Positions 37,345 to 47,099 of a stretch of DNA of 64,000 nucleotides are shown piece by piece. Made by a program: the position numbers and the translations under genes. The notes below the pieces were generated by a model, which saw nothing but the letters and a program-made list of their open reading frames with translations, was not told where the DNA came from and ran no database searches. The stretch is taken from the NCBI GenBank assembly GCA_016219595.1, contig JACRLY010000069.1, positions 158 through 64,157 on the forward strand, in the 5' to 3' direction. The DNA comes from Ignavibacteriota bacterium (GTDB taxonomy: Bacteria; Bacteroidota; Ignavibacteria; Kapaibacteriales; UBA2268). Within the stretch, counting starts at the first letter, position 1. The number at the start of each line of letters is the position of its first letter.

Positions 37345-39696
37345 TTAAAACATTCCTTCATCCTCAAATCCACCATCTCCGTTTCGTAGTCTTTGCCTTT
37401 GTTTTATTCCCTGATTAATCTTGTACTGAATTCCAAAAGACACATATTGTGACATTCGAAGAATATTGCTGTCTGAATAAAAATTTTCCCCGGATGAAAT
37501 AGTATGCCATTTCTGCGTGTGAAAAATATCCGATGCCCTGAATGTTAAAGTCAGATTTTCAAGCATTTCGTATCTTGTTCCAATGTCTACGCCCCATGAT
37601 GCAAACCTTTTACCTTGTATGTTTTCACTTGGCGCCATGTAATTGCCTGAAAGCTGAAAATTAAGTTCTTTCATTGGCGAAATAGTAGCGTTCAATCTTG
37701 TATTCCAGCTAAAATCCTCTCTTCGAGTACCGGAATAACTTTCTAATCCTTCAACTATATATTTGTAGTAAGAGCCGTCGAGGCTTATTCTTAACCATTG
37801 TAGCGGGTCTCCGGAAAAATTGACTTCAAGTCCGTAGGAGTATCTGGACGACATATTTTTCCAAGTCATTCCCATTTTTCCGTCATCAAGCAATTCGGAA
37901 AACCTATCGAAAACATCTGTTGTCCTGTTATAAAAAATTGAGGGTGTAACAGAAAATTTCGTAAAATTATTAAGTAAACCCAATTCAAATGCATGCGTGT
38001 ATTGAGGTTTTAATTCCGGATTACCATATCTCACATTATAATAATCCATGTATTCAATAAACGGATTTAGAAACCATGAACGAGGTCTTTCTATTCTCCT
38101 GCTGTAACTGAGCTGAACTTCAGAATTAATACTGAATCTATATCCGAAACTTAAATTGGGGAAGAAATCGAGATAATTTCTTTCTGTAATATCGCTTATA
38201 GTTTTTTGTTCACCTTTAGTTACAGTCTGTTCAACTCTCAACCCCGCAGAATAACTTAAATCGCCAACCTTGTTTGAAAAAATCAAATAAGCCGAATATA
38301 CATTTTCATGATAAATATAATGATTTGATTTTAAAACATCTAAAATCCATTCTGAAGTTGAATCGGCTCTTGTTAAATTTTGATAATCATTATCCATCGT
38401 TTTTAGTGAAGCTTTTACACCGGCTTCCAATCTTGTGCTATCCCTGGTGAAATATTGATTATTTACAGTATTTTCATCGTCGTTGTCAGTTGAATAAAAT
38501 GCATCGAATGTCAATTCATGAAATTTTGAGAAAGTATGCCTGTAATTCATTGATAGGTCTATGTTAGGTGATGTACTGATTTCTCCGCTTTTTGAATTGC
38601 TTTTATCGATTACAGATTTGAGTAAATTATTTGATACATTATTTGATTCACCCTTTCTGTCTGAATTCCCTCCCCTGTAAGAGCCGCTCACGATTAATTG
38701 ATTTGCATTATTAATATTATACTCTATTCCACCTTTGACACTATGAGTGAGATGCCTGTGCCGCATGAAAAAATTCTGATACATCTCAGTTGTAGAATCA
38801 GCTATAATTGTTTTCCTGAAAGAATTACCGTCCATTCCCCACAGGCTACCGTAATAATCGTATCCACCGGATATGTTAATTCCATCGATCTTATAATTGA
38901 GATTAACGGAAGCGCTATACCTGTCATAAGTACCGGCATTAATCGAGGCAATTCCATTTAATCCGTTATTGCCTTCTTTTTTAAGATTAATATTTATTAT
39001 TCCTGCAGTTCCTTCTGCATCGAATTTTGCTGTCGGATTAGTAATAATTTCAATATTTTCAATCATACTTGCAGGAATTTGCTCGAGTGCCGATGTTCCA
39101 GATGAAAGCATTGTTGAAGGTTTCCCGTTGATTAAAAACTGAACACTCGAACTTCCTCTTAATGATACATTATTATCTATATCTACTTCGACAGAGGGCA
39201 AATTTTTCAGAACATCAATAGCATTTCCTCCTGAAGAGGCAATGTCTTTATCTATATTAAAAATCTTCTTGCCGGCAGAAAATTCCATCTGTGGCTTTTC
39301 AGCTGTAACTTTAACTTCATCGGTTGATGATATTGACAAGTTAATACCTATTTGTCCCAAATCCAATGTTGAATTTAATGCAGTGATTTCCAGGTTCTTT
39401 ATAAACTTTTGAGAATATCCAATATATGAAACTTTAAGAGAGTATTTACCAAAAGGAATTTCTTTAATTTCAAAATTTCCTTTTTTATCGGCAACAGCAC
39501 CTGTTTGAATAGTTGAATCGCTGTATTTATATAAACTGAGTGTGGCTCCGGGCAGTGAAAACAAAGAATCTTTGTCTACAACCTGACCTGTAATCTTTCC
39601 ATGTAAATTATTTTCTTCTGATTTATTTTGTGATTTTAAATTTCCAAATGTAAAAAATAATAATAACGTAATGCAAAATATTTTAATCAAATTCAT
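37345..39696 (-). CDS. TonB-dependent outer-membrane receptor with CarboxypepD_reg-like N-domain
   Basis: The protein has a signal peptide, GKITGQVVDKDSLFSLPGATLSLY, a plug region (VLKNLPSVEVD) and a long beta-barrel ending in an aromatic residue (EGMF). Confidence 0.8.
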   Translation of the reverse strand: MNLIKIFCITLLLFFTFGNLKSQNKSEENNLHGKITGQVVDKDSLFSLPGATLSLYKYSDSTIQTGAVADKKGNFEIKEIPFGKYSLKVSYIGYSQKFIKNLEITALNSTLDLGQIGINLSISSTDEVKVTAEKPQMEFSAGKKIFNIDKDIASSGGNAIDVLKNLPSVEVDIDNNVSLRGSSSVQFLINGKPSTMLSSGTSALEQIPASMIENIEIITNPTAKFDAEGTAGIININLKKEGNNGLNGIASINAGTYDRYSASVNLNYKIDGINISGGYDYYGSLWGMDGNSFRKTIIADSTTEMYQNFFMRHRHLTHSVKGGIEYNINNANQLIVSGSYRGGNSDRKGESNNVSNNLLKSVIDKSNSKSGEISTSPNIDLSMNYRHTFSKFHELTFDAFYSTDNDDENTVNNQYFTRDSTRLEAGVKASLKTMDNDYQNLTRADSTSEWILDVLKSNHYIYHENVYSAYLIFSNKVGDLSYSAGLRVEQTVTKGEQKTISDITERNYLDFFPNLSFGYRFSINSEVQLSYSRRIERPRSWFLNPFIEYMDYYNVRYGNPELKPQYTHAFELGLLNNFTKFSVTPSIFYNRTTDVFDRFSELLDDGKMGMTWKNMSSRYSYGLEVNFSGDPLQWLRISLDGSYYKYIVEGLESYSGTRREDFSWNTRLNATISPMKELNFQLSGNYMAPSENIQGKRFASWGVDIGTRYEMLENLTLTFRASDIFHTQKWHTISSGENFYSDSNILRMSQYVSFGIQYKINQGIKQRQRLRNGDGGFEDEGMF

Positions 39697-39888
39697 CGAA
39701 CCAATCCAAATTATAAACTAAACAAATTTACTTATCAAGAATGTAGCTTAGACGATTGATTAAATATTTAGGTTTAAGTGTCAAAAGGCTGTCCATTTAT
39801 ATTTAGAATCACGTATATAATACGTTATTAAGTTAATTAATGTGCCTCAATTAATTCCTTACCTGATAATCGGACAGCCTGATTGAAA

Positions 39889-40224
39889 TCAATTAGTTGA
39901 TGTGGTTTCCACACAATCTTTCTCTTCCATAACCTCGGCATCATAACCGATTGTATTAATAGTATATACAATCATGGCAGATGAAATTTCCTTTGGGTCG
40001 AATTTTACAGTCAGCATTTTATCTTCAATTTTAAGATTTGTCTCTTTTACTCCTTTGAGTAAATCGACTACAGTTTCGATTTTATCTTTGCTGTCCTGTT
40101 TTGTGACCGTGGTTTTAATTTTTACTTCTTTCAGGCTGCCACTGCTTTGTGCCATAGCAACACTGAAGAAGATTGCAAGAGTAAGCATTATTGCAAATGC
40201 TTTTCCGATAAATCCTGTTTTCAT
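39889..40224 (-). CDS. Secreted HMA-fold-like small protein lacking the CxxC metal site
   Basis: A signal peptide is followed by a betaalphabetabetaalphabeta-like pattern (VKIKTTV...ETVVDLLKGVKETNLKIEDKMLTVKFDPKEIS...IGYDAEV). There is no Cys pair. Confidence 0.4.
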   Translation of the reverse strand: MKTGFIGKAFAIMLTLAIFFSVAMAQSSGSLKEVKIKTTVTKQDSKDKIETVVDLLKGVKETNLKIEDKMLTVKFDPKEISSAMIVYTINTIGYDAEVMEEKDCVETTSTN

Positions 40225-40405
40225 TTAAATCTCCGAAAAAATTATAAATATTTAATTTTTTCTCTAAGCAATCAGGTGATAGTTGTTTTACGAAAATTTA
40301 TGATAAAGGTTACAACTTTTGGAATTAGTTCTTGTTTGTATTAATTTTCTTTTTTTATGCATACTCAATATAATTAATTATTTATAGAATTTTATGGAGT
40401 AAGCC

Positions 40406-41104
40406 ATGAAAATCAAATTCTTGTTTTTAATTATTTTTTTAATTGCTTTTGCAATTGAGCTTAATGCACAGTGTACCATTCTGAATCCCAGCAAATACAG
40501 GGGAAAAGATAAAAAAATCGGGAATATTATTTTCGGAACCAGTCTACCATATCAAAGGGAAAATGATTTTAAAGGAATTTCAAATGTATTCACATGGGGC
40601 GATTTTGAACACCTGGAAGCAAGGGCTTACTTCCCCTGTGTTTTCGGTGAAATGTGTAGAAAATTAAAGGATGAAGTAGTAAGTAAAGGTTTTTTGAGTT
40701 CTCCATACATAAGCAGCCAGGGTTGGGAATTGTGGATTGATGAAATGAAAGGTGATAAAGTCGGTGAACAGCTTTCTTATGCCGGGGGTAAGATTGACAA
40801 TATGGATTTGGAGGATGACCAATTACTAAGTTTTCTTTATGATAAAACAGAAGGTCCTGATTTCTTTAAAGTATCAACACATACTTATCCGGCAGGTGTA
40901 GAATATCCTTTTCCTGATGTTTGTCTTTTAAAACCCGGTAAATATCACATCCAGGTTCAATTCTATGTGCAAATTAAAGGAAGCAAAGGAGGAGGAAACT
41001 GGAGTTACAGCGAAGGTACGGGAACCTGGAATTTTAATCCAGCCGAAGGATATATTAATGTTGCTATTTCAGGTGGTGAATTTACTTTTATTGTAAATAA
41101 GTAA
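40406..41104 (+). CDS. Secreted hypothetical protein
   Basis: The ORF has a signal peptide (FLFLIIFLIAFAIELNAQ). No recognisable motif. Confidence 0.5.
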   Translation: MKIKFLFLIIFLIAFAIELNAQCTILNPSKYRGKDKKIGNIIFGTSLPYQRENDFKGISNVFTWGDFEHLEARAYFPCVFGEMCRKLKDEVVSKGFLSSPYISSQGWELWIDEMKGDKVGEQLSYAGGKIDNMDLEDDQLLSFLYDKTEGPDFFKVSTHTYPAGVEYPFPDVCLLKPGKYHIQVQFYVQIKGSKGGGNWSYSEGTGTWNFNPAEGYINVAISGGEFTFIVNK

Positions 41105-41385
41105 AATTAAATAATACTTTGAATTTATTACCATTTAATTTGAGTAATTAATGTCTATAATAAGAGCTAAGTCTATAAATTACAACGAGTTTAAGTATTT
41201 TATTAAAATTGCTAATTACTGAAAATAATATTTTTTTTATTATTAACAATTTATTTAATTTGAACTAAATAATTAATTACATATACGGTTGAAATTTCGA
41301 ATTTTATCATTGTTGTGATATATAACTGAGAGCCTGTATTTCACACTTTGGAAAAATTATTTATTAATTTTTTTGGAGATAATAC

Positions 41386-41742
41386 ATGGCACGAGAAATT
41401 AACAATGTTCAGCCTTACCAAAATAAAGTAGTGAAGCTAATTCCAACAGAAATTGTTGGAGCTTACATGGTTCTTACCGGTATGATTCCGCCATCATATA
41501 CTAAACTTTGGTATTTTATCATTTCGATAATATTATTTATTTTAACTCCTCTATATCTTAGAAAATTTACAGGAGTGAAACATAAAATTCAGCTAATAGC
41601 TGCAAGCTTATCTTTTCTTATCTGGACTTACTCAATCAACGGTGGGTTGGTTAATTACTGGGATTTGTACAATGCACCGGTAGCTTCAATTATTATGGTA
41701 CTATGGACATTATTGATACCACTTGTGATTAAACCAAACTAA
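41386..41742 (+). CDS. Small 3-TM membrane protein
   Basis: Three hydrophobic helices are present. It lies directly upstream (30 nt) of the peptidase gene. Confidence 0.5.
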   Translation: MAREINNVQPYQNKVVKLIPTEIVGAYMVLTGMIPPSYTKLWYFIISIILFILTPLYLRKFTGVKHKIQLIAASLSFLIWTYSINGGLVNYWDLYNAPVASIIMVLWTLLIPLVIKPN

Positions 41743-41772
41743 TCATTTTTTTAAATAATCAAGGAGTTTATT

Positions 41773-42610
41773 ATGAAGGATTCAATTAATAAAATGAAAA
41801 TGGGATGGCTGCCCGATTACCCTGATTTCAGGGACTATGGACACAATAAGGATGAAATATCCAGGATGTTAAAGCAAATGAAAATCAGTGAATCAGCGAT
41901 TCCCAAACTTGCTACAAAAATAGATTTGACAAAATGGTGTTCACCGATAGAAGAGAATGTTAGAATATTTTGAGAACAGGGCGTTCGGGGCATATTTAAA
42001 TGCATCAAGATTATTCTTGTATAAAGTAACCCGAAATTTACTTGGGTGGACAGGAGACACCGGAGCATTTCTTAGGTCTACAATGGGAGCTATGGCTCTG
42101 TTCGGAGTACTCCCGGAAAAATACTGGCCTTATAAAACACTTGATTATGATAAAGAACCTACTCCTTTTTGTTATGCTTTTTCTCAAAATTACCAGTCCC
42201 TGATATATTACCGTTTAGATCCTTCTGGGACTGCTAAGGATAAACTCCTGAACAAAATAAAATTAAACCTTGTGGCGGGTCTACCTTTGATGTTCGGTTT
42301 CACTGTTTACAGTTCTATTCAAAGTCCCGTGAATCCCGGTGATATACCATATCCATCTCCTCGTGAAAAAGTTTTAGGAGGTCATGCAATTTTAGCAGTT
42401 GGTTATGATGACAACAAAAAGATAAAAAATCCTAATGACTCCGGAATAAATACAACCGGTGCAATTTTGATTAGAAACTCATGGGGAACCGGATGGGGAG
42501 AATCAGGTTATGGCTGGCTGCCTTATGAATATATAATTAAAGGTCTGGCTATCGATTGGTGGACATTGATTAAAAATGAGTGGGTCGAAACTAAAAAATT
42601 CGGATTTTAA
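41773..42610 (+). pseudogene. Papain-family (C1-like) cysteine peptidase with an internal out-of-frame deletion removing the catalytic-Cys segment
   Basis: ORF1 ends ...DLTKWCSPIEENVRIF*. ORF2 resumes in another frame with (M)LEYFENRAFG...SRLFLYKVTR and retains GGHAILAVGYDD (His) and IRNSWGTGWGESGYGW (Asn). The expected DQG..GSC.A block between IEE and LEYFE is absent. Confidence 0.6.
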
Positions 42611-42689
42611 CTATATACTAATTACATTGAATTGTGATTCACTAATTCAATATATTTGATATTATTTTTTATTAATTGAGGTTAAGCGG

Positions 42690-43636
42690 ATGGAGCAAAA
42701 ATCAAAGCTTTTTCGCATTCTGTCTATTGATGGAGGCGGTATACGGGGCATAATTCCCGGCCAGGTATTGGTGTCTGTGGAAAAGAAAATTCAGATAAAA
42801 ACGCAGAAACCTGATGCCAGGATTGCTGATTATTTTGATATGATTGCCGGTACTAGTACCGGGGGTATTTTAACATGTTTATATCTTACTCCCGGTGTTG
42901 ATGGCAAACCCAAATTTTCTGCTGATGAAGCAGTGCAGCTTTACCTCAATCGGGGACATGAAATATTCGATATTTCTATTTGGCAAAAATTGAAATCAGG
43001 AGCAGGAATCTTAGATGAGAAGTATAACGTTGACGATTTGCAAAATGCATTAAAAGAATATTTTGGTGATTTAAAACTTGGTCAATTATTGAAACCTTGT
43101 CTGATTCCTGCTTATGAGATTTTTATGAGGGAAGCTAAATTTTTCAATCAAATGGATGCAAAAAACGAAAAAGATAATTTCTTTGTGAGAGACATTGCAA
43201 GAGCAACTTCCGCAGCTCCCACTTATTTCGAATGTGCAAGGATAAAATCGATGACAGAAATTCAATATTACCTAGTTGACGGGGGAGTGTTTGCTAACAA
43301 TCCCGCTTTATGCGCTTAGGTACCGGTTATGTAAAAACATCTTATAATTATAAAGATGCTAAGGATTGGGGATTGATACAATGGGCAAAACCCCTGATAG
43401 ATATAATGATGTCTGGTGTTTCGGAAACTGTTGATTATCAAATTAAGCAGATGTTTGATGCTGTAGATAAACCTGGACAATATTTAAGAATCAATACAGC
43501 CCTTACTATTTCAAGCAGCCAGATGGATAATGCAAGTAATGAAAACCTGCTTGCATTGAAAGAAGAAGGAACAAAAATCGCTGAGGAATTTGATAAGCAA
43601 TTGGATGAATTTGTAGATTTGATTGTTGATATTTAA
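42690..43636 (+). pseudogene. Patatin-like phospholipase with an internal out-of-frame deletion after the catalytic Asp
   Basis: DGGGIRG (oxyanion), GTSTGG (Ser nucleophile) and VDGGVFANNPALCA (Asp) are followed by a stop. A second frame resumes at (R)LGTGYVKTSYNYKDAKDWGLIQW. The ~25-35 aa normally linking DGG to LSLGTG are missing. Confidence 0.6.
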
Positions 43637-43691
43637 TAATAAAATTAAATTAAATATTAATCATTACAATATTTTATTGTTTGTAGTATTG

Positions 43692-43777
43692 TACTCGGAG
43701 TGGGACTTGAACCCACACGAGCCTTGAAGCTCACAGGATTTTAAGTCCTGTGCGTCTACCAATTCCGCCATCCGAGC
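43692..43777 (-). tRNA. tRNA-Leu (anticodon TAA), type II with long variable arm
   Basis: The reverse complement is gctcggatggcggaattggtagacgcacaggacttaaaatcctgtgagcttcaaggctcgtgtgggttcaagtcccactccgagta. It forms a cloverleaf with anticodon stem cagga/tcctg and loop ctTAAaa. Confidence 0.9.
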
Positions 43778-43854
43778 AATCCACAAAATTACGATTATTT
43801 TTTGTAGTGAAAAAATTTTTGAATAAATAATGAAATTTCTATAAGAAAATCGCT

Positions 43855-44222
43855 TTAATAATTATTGAAAAGTGTATTATCGTCTACTGATTCGTTTAAT
43901 AAATTTTTAAAAAGTTTTTCAATAAGCGGTAAATCATTTTGAATTGTTTCCCAAATTGTTCTTAAATCAACATCAATATATTCATGTGCTAAAATATCTC
44001 GCATACCTGTAATATCCCGCCAGGGAATTTCAGGATGTAATAATTTTATATCATTTGAAATTTTCTTTGAAGCTTCTACAATAATCTCAAATGCGCGTAT
44101 TACTGCAAATTGAGTTTTATCGTCTGATAAAAATTTTCATAAGTAATATCTTTCACGAAAGATTTTATTTTGATTATAAAAGTAAGAATATCTTCAACAT
44201 AATGTTTTGATTTTCTTTTCAT
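43855..44222 (-). pseudogene. hepT: HepT (HEPN/DUF86) toxin gene with a frameshift in a homopolymer run
   Basis: The start ATG overlaps the mntA stop (ATGA). MKRKSKHYVEDILTFIIKIKSFVKDITYENF is followed by a frame change near 44128-44137 (aaaaatttt). The shifted frame reads DKTQFAVIRAFEIIVEASKKIS...WRDITGMRDILAHEY, which contains the Rx4H motif. Confidence 0.65.
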
Positions 44223-44512
44223 ACTTTAATAGAAGAATCAATAATTTCATTTTTTAATGCAGGCTTCAATGCACTTTTCATTACAAGGTCAACTTCAATA
44301 CCTAGTAAATCTGTAAGAAAATTTTTCAAGTTTACAAATTTTAATAGACTTGGTTGACGTTCAAATTCGACAAGAATATCCAAATCACTATTTTCATTAT
44401 TATTATGTTTTGTATAAGAACCAAAAAAAGCGATTTCAGATAAGCCATAATTACTAATCAATTCAGATTTATAATTATGAATTTTATTTATATATTCTTG
44501 TATATTGAGCAT
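44219..44512 (-). CDS. mntA: MntA-type minimal nucleotidyltransferase antitoxin
   Basis: FFGSYTKHNNNENSDLDILVEF matches the GSx...SDxD NTase motif. Confidence 0.75.
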   Translation of the reverse strand: MLNIQEYINKIHNYKSELISNYGLSEIAFFGSYTKHNNNENSDLDILVEFERQPSLLKFVNLKNFLTDLLGIEVDLVMKSALKPALKNEIIDSSIKV

Positions 44513-44594
44513 TTAGATTCCTTTTTATAGCAAATCAAATTTAAATAAAATTGTAATTTCTACAAATAAAATTAATACAAATTAATAATTAACT

Positions 44595-45608
44595 TCAAAG
44601 TAATGTTTTTTTATTAAAATTATTCACCAAACAAATTGTAGCCAATGGTAAATACAAAGGAAAACAATGTAATGAAATTCTTCCAATATTATAATCAACA
44701 TTAATTAAATGAGCTATTATAAAAATTCCTGCTAACGGGATAAAATCCGTCTTTGTAAAAAAATTATTTGGATTAAAGTTATTATTATTCACTTTCATTG
44801 CAAAGTAATATAAAGTGAATGTTAATATTGTAGGTAATATATTCAGGATAATTCCCTTTGCCGAAAATGTATATCCTATATTTGTTAAAAAACTTGAATA
44901 GTAACTTGATGGCTGAACTTGTGATTCATTGCCGGGGATAAATATTAAAATTCTGATAATAAAATAAATGGCAAGGCAAATTACAGGCGATATTGTACCT
45001 ATATTAATTTTTTCCTTTTTAATAATAATTCTCGCAATCATTAATAAGGAAAAAATCAAAAGTATTTTTTCATTAAAACCAATTGATAAAAACATAATTG
45101 TTGAAAAAATCCATAAATTTCTCAAATAATAAATCCCTATACTAATAATCATGATTGCCAAAGGGTCAATACTATATATACCTGTTTGCCTGAACAGCAG
45201 AAAAGAAATCAGCATTGCTATAATCGATGCCGGTTCACTTCCTCCAAATCTGTTTTTAGTAATACGGTAAATAAATATAGAACCAATTATTATTGAGATA
45301 TAAAAAACAAGAGCTAACGCTTCTAATGCCCTGAGGTAATTATCACTTTTACCTTCGAGATTTGTAAACCTGTAAACCGGTAAAATATAATAAAAAGGAA
45401 TTGCTGCAGCAACTGATAAAATTCTGTAAGTATAAGGAGGTTCTGCAAGCCATCCCTCTTCATCTCCTACCATATAAAGTAAATAATGAGAATAGTCATC
45501 ATGGGGCATAACGTTGAAAGCAGAACCCCGGTATATATCAAAATATAAATTTTGTGTTAATACAATCAGCAGGATTAAAACGAAAATATATTTTCTTGAT
45601 TTTTTCAT
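44595..45608 (-). CDS. Polytopic integral membrane protein (unknown function)
   Basis: At least 8 hydrophobic helices. No diagnostic motif recognised. Confidence 0.55.
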   Translation of the reverse strand: MKKSRKYIFVLILLIVLTQNLYFDIYRGSAFNVMPHDDYSHYLLYMVGDEEGWLAEPPYTYRILSVAAAIPFYYILPVYRFTNLEGKSDNYLRALEALALVFYISIIIGSIFIYRITKNRFGGSEPASIIAMLISFLLFRQTGIYSIDPLAIMIISIGIYYLRNLWIFSTIMFLSIGFNEKILLIFSLLMIARIIIKKEKINIGTISPVICLAIYFIIRILIFIPGNESQVQPSSYYSSFLTNIGYTFSAKGIILNILPTILTFTLYYFAMKVNNNNFNPNNFFTKTDFIPLAGIFIIAHLINVDYNIGRISLHCFPLYLPLATICLVNNFNKKTLL

Positions 45609-45905
45609 TGTCTAAATATTAAACTTCTAATTTCAGCTTAAATTTATTTATTAAAGTGATAATTACACTTTTAAAATTAGTGAAAAATGTAATAAAAATT
45701 AACTGATATTATTTTCCCGGAAATTCCGAACTATTTAGAAATTAAGTAAATACATAATTATAGTAATAGATAAAGTAATACAAATTATTAAACTTTTAAT
45801 GTAATTTTACGTCGAACACAGTAGAGATAGAGTAGAAAGTGTTGTTTGACACTGTTATTTGAAAAAAATATTTCTCCATAAATAAAGAATAAGGAGGGTC
45901 TGAAA

Positions 45906-47099
45906 ATGAGAAAGATGATGACATTACTTGCTTCGGTTACGGCTTTAACACTCGTAATATCGGGATGTACTTCCGTTTATACCGGTGAAGAGTATTATGG
46001 TTACTCTCCCAAACACAAAACAGATAATAGTAAAGAAGCGGAAACTTTATTTGATGATGAGCAAACTAATTCGGATAATTCCGGTGATTGGCAAAATCCG
46101 CTTGCGAATGATAATTCGTCTGTGGAAGTAAGACATATCTATTATGATTACAGTCCGATGTATGTACCTGTTGTAGTACCTTGGTGGTATGGTTATTACG
46201 GCTGGATGTCTTATCCTTACCCAAGACATTGGGGTTCGAATTTCTATATTGGTTTCGGATATGACCCGTTTTATGATTTTTGCTGGGATTGGTATTCCCC
46301 ATGGTATTCATATCATCCTTATTATGGATATTATTGGCCCTCTCACAATTATGGATGGGGATATTATGGCTGGTTCAATCAACCATATTATGCGTATGAC
46401 CCAAGTCCGGCACCAAGAAGAAATCGTGATTTCGGTCCCAGAAGAAGAAGTGAATTTAATAATAATGGAAATGAAGATAACCAATGGAGAGTCAACAGAA
46501 GAGGTTTTTCGACAGCTTCAAATGATTATTCAACAGGTATAAGGTCAATAAATACTACGTCTGGCAGCAGTTATAACAGGAGAAGTGCTGTTAGCACTAA
46601 TTCCGGTGATGGTTATTCGAGAGGTAATAATTCCTCTTCCGGCAATTTATATAATAGGAGGAATTCTCGTTCTACCAACTCGGATGTAAATAATAGGGGA
46701 GATGTGAAAGTTTATACAACCCCTAACAGAACTGATAATTCGGTGAACAGAACTATAGAAACTGTAAAAGGATTATTAAACGGCAGGAATTCTGCTACTG
46801 ATAATAATTCCAATTCAGGTTCATTTAATCGCAGAACAAATGAAAATACAGGTACAAGTGCACCTACATATAACAGGTCTTCTGAAGGAAGTACTAATCG
46901 TTCTAACAGCTCAACGCCGAGTTATACAGCACCGAGCCGTTCATCTTCGCCAAGTTACACTGCACCGAACCGTTCTTCATCGCCAAGTTATTCGGCTCCG
47001 AGCCGCTCGAGTTCGGGTTCAAGTTCGGGTTCTTCGCGTTCATCCGGCTCAAGTTCCGGTTCCGGTTCAAATAGTAGTTCAGGTCGAAGAGGAAGGTAA
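45906..47099 (+). CDS. Lipoprotein with extreme low-complexity regions (Tyr/Trp/Pro/Gly-rich block, then Ser/Asn/Arg-rich tail)
   Basis: It has a lipobox (LVISGCTS), an aromatic block (YYDYSPMYVPVVVPWWYGYYGWMSYPYPRHW...GYYWPSHNYGWGYYGWFNQPYYAYDPSP) and a C-terminal SSS/GSS tail. Confidence 0.65.
   Translation: MRKMMTLLASVTALTLVISGCTSVYTGEEYYGYSPKHKTDNSKEAETLFDDEQTNSDNSGDWQNPLANDNSSVEVRHIYYDYSPMYVPVVVPWWYGYYGWMSYPYPRHWGSNFYIGFGYDPFYDFCWDWYSPWYSYHPYYGYYWPSHNYGWGYYGWFNQPYYAYDPSPAPRRNRDFGPRRRSEFNNNGNEDNQWRVNRRGFSTASNDYSTGIRSINTTSGSSYNRRSAVSTNSGDGYSRGNNSSSGNLYNRRNSRSTNSDVNNRGDVKVYTTPNRTDNSVNRTIETVKGLLNGRNSATDNNSNSGSFNRRTNENTGTSAPTYNRSSEGSTNRSNSSTPSYTAPSRSSSPSYTAPNRSSSPSYSAPSRSSSGSSSGSSRSSGSSSGSGSNSSSGRRGR
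46917..47015 (+). repeat. Three tandem 33-bp coding repeats (PSY(T/S)AP(S/N)RSSS)
   Basis: Units at 46917-46949, 46950-46982 and 46983-47015 lie within the lipoprotein gene. Confidence 0.7.

Noticed and set aside
39787-39878. 9-bp inverted repeat (aggctgtcc/ggacagcct, about 75-nt spacer) and palindrome acgtat-ata-atacgt (39811-39825) upstream of the TonB-dependent receptor.
   Set aside because: The arms are short and lie in an AT-rich intergenic region, and I cannot tie them to a regulator. They are noted but are too weak to call a feature.
43313-43325. GGTACC (KpnI site) at the patatin deletion junction as a sign of engineering.
   Set aside because: A single 6-mer is expected by chance many times in 64 kb, and there is no other vector-like sequence nearby.
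43692-43777. Possibility that the 40.4-43.6 kb islet is bounded by a direct repeat of the tRNA-Leu 3' end.
   Set aside because: I scanned the intergenic regions at 40225-40405 and 41105-41385 by eye for tactcggagtgggac-like sequence and found none, so no att-type boundary can be claimed.
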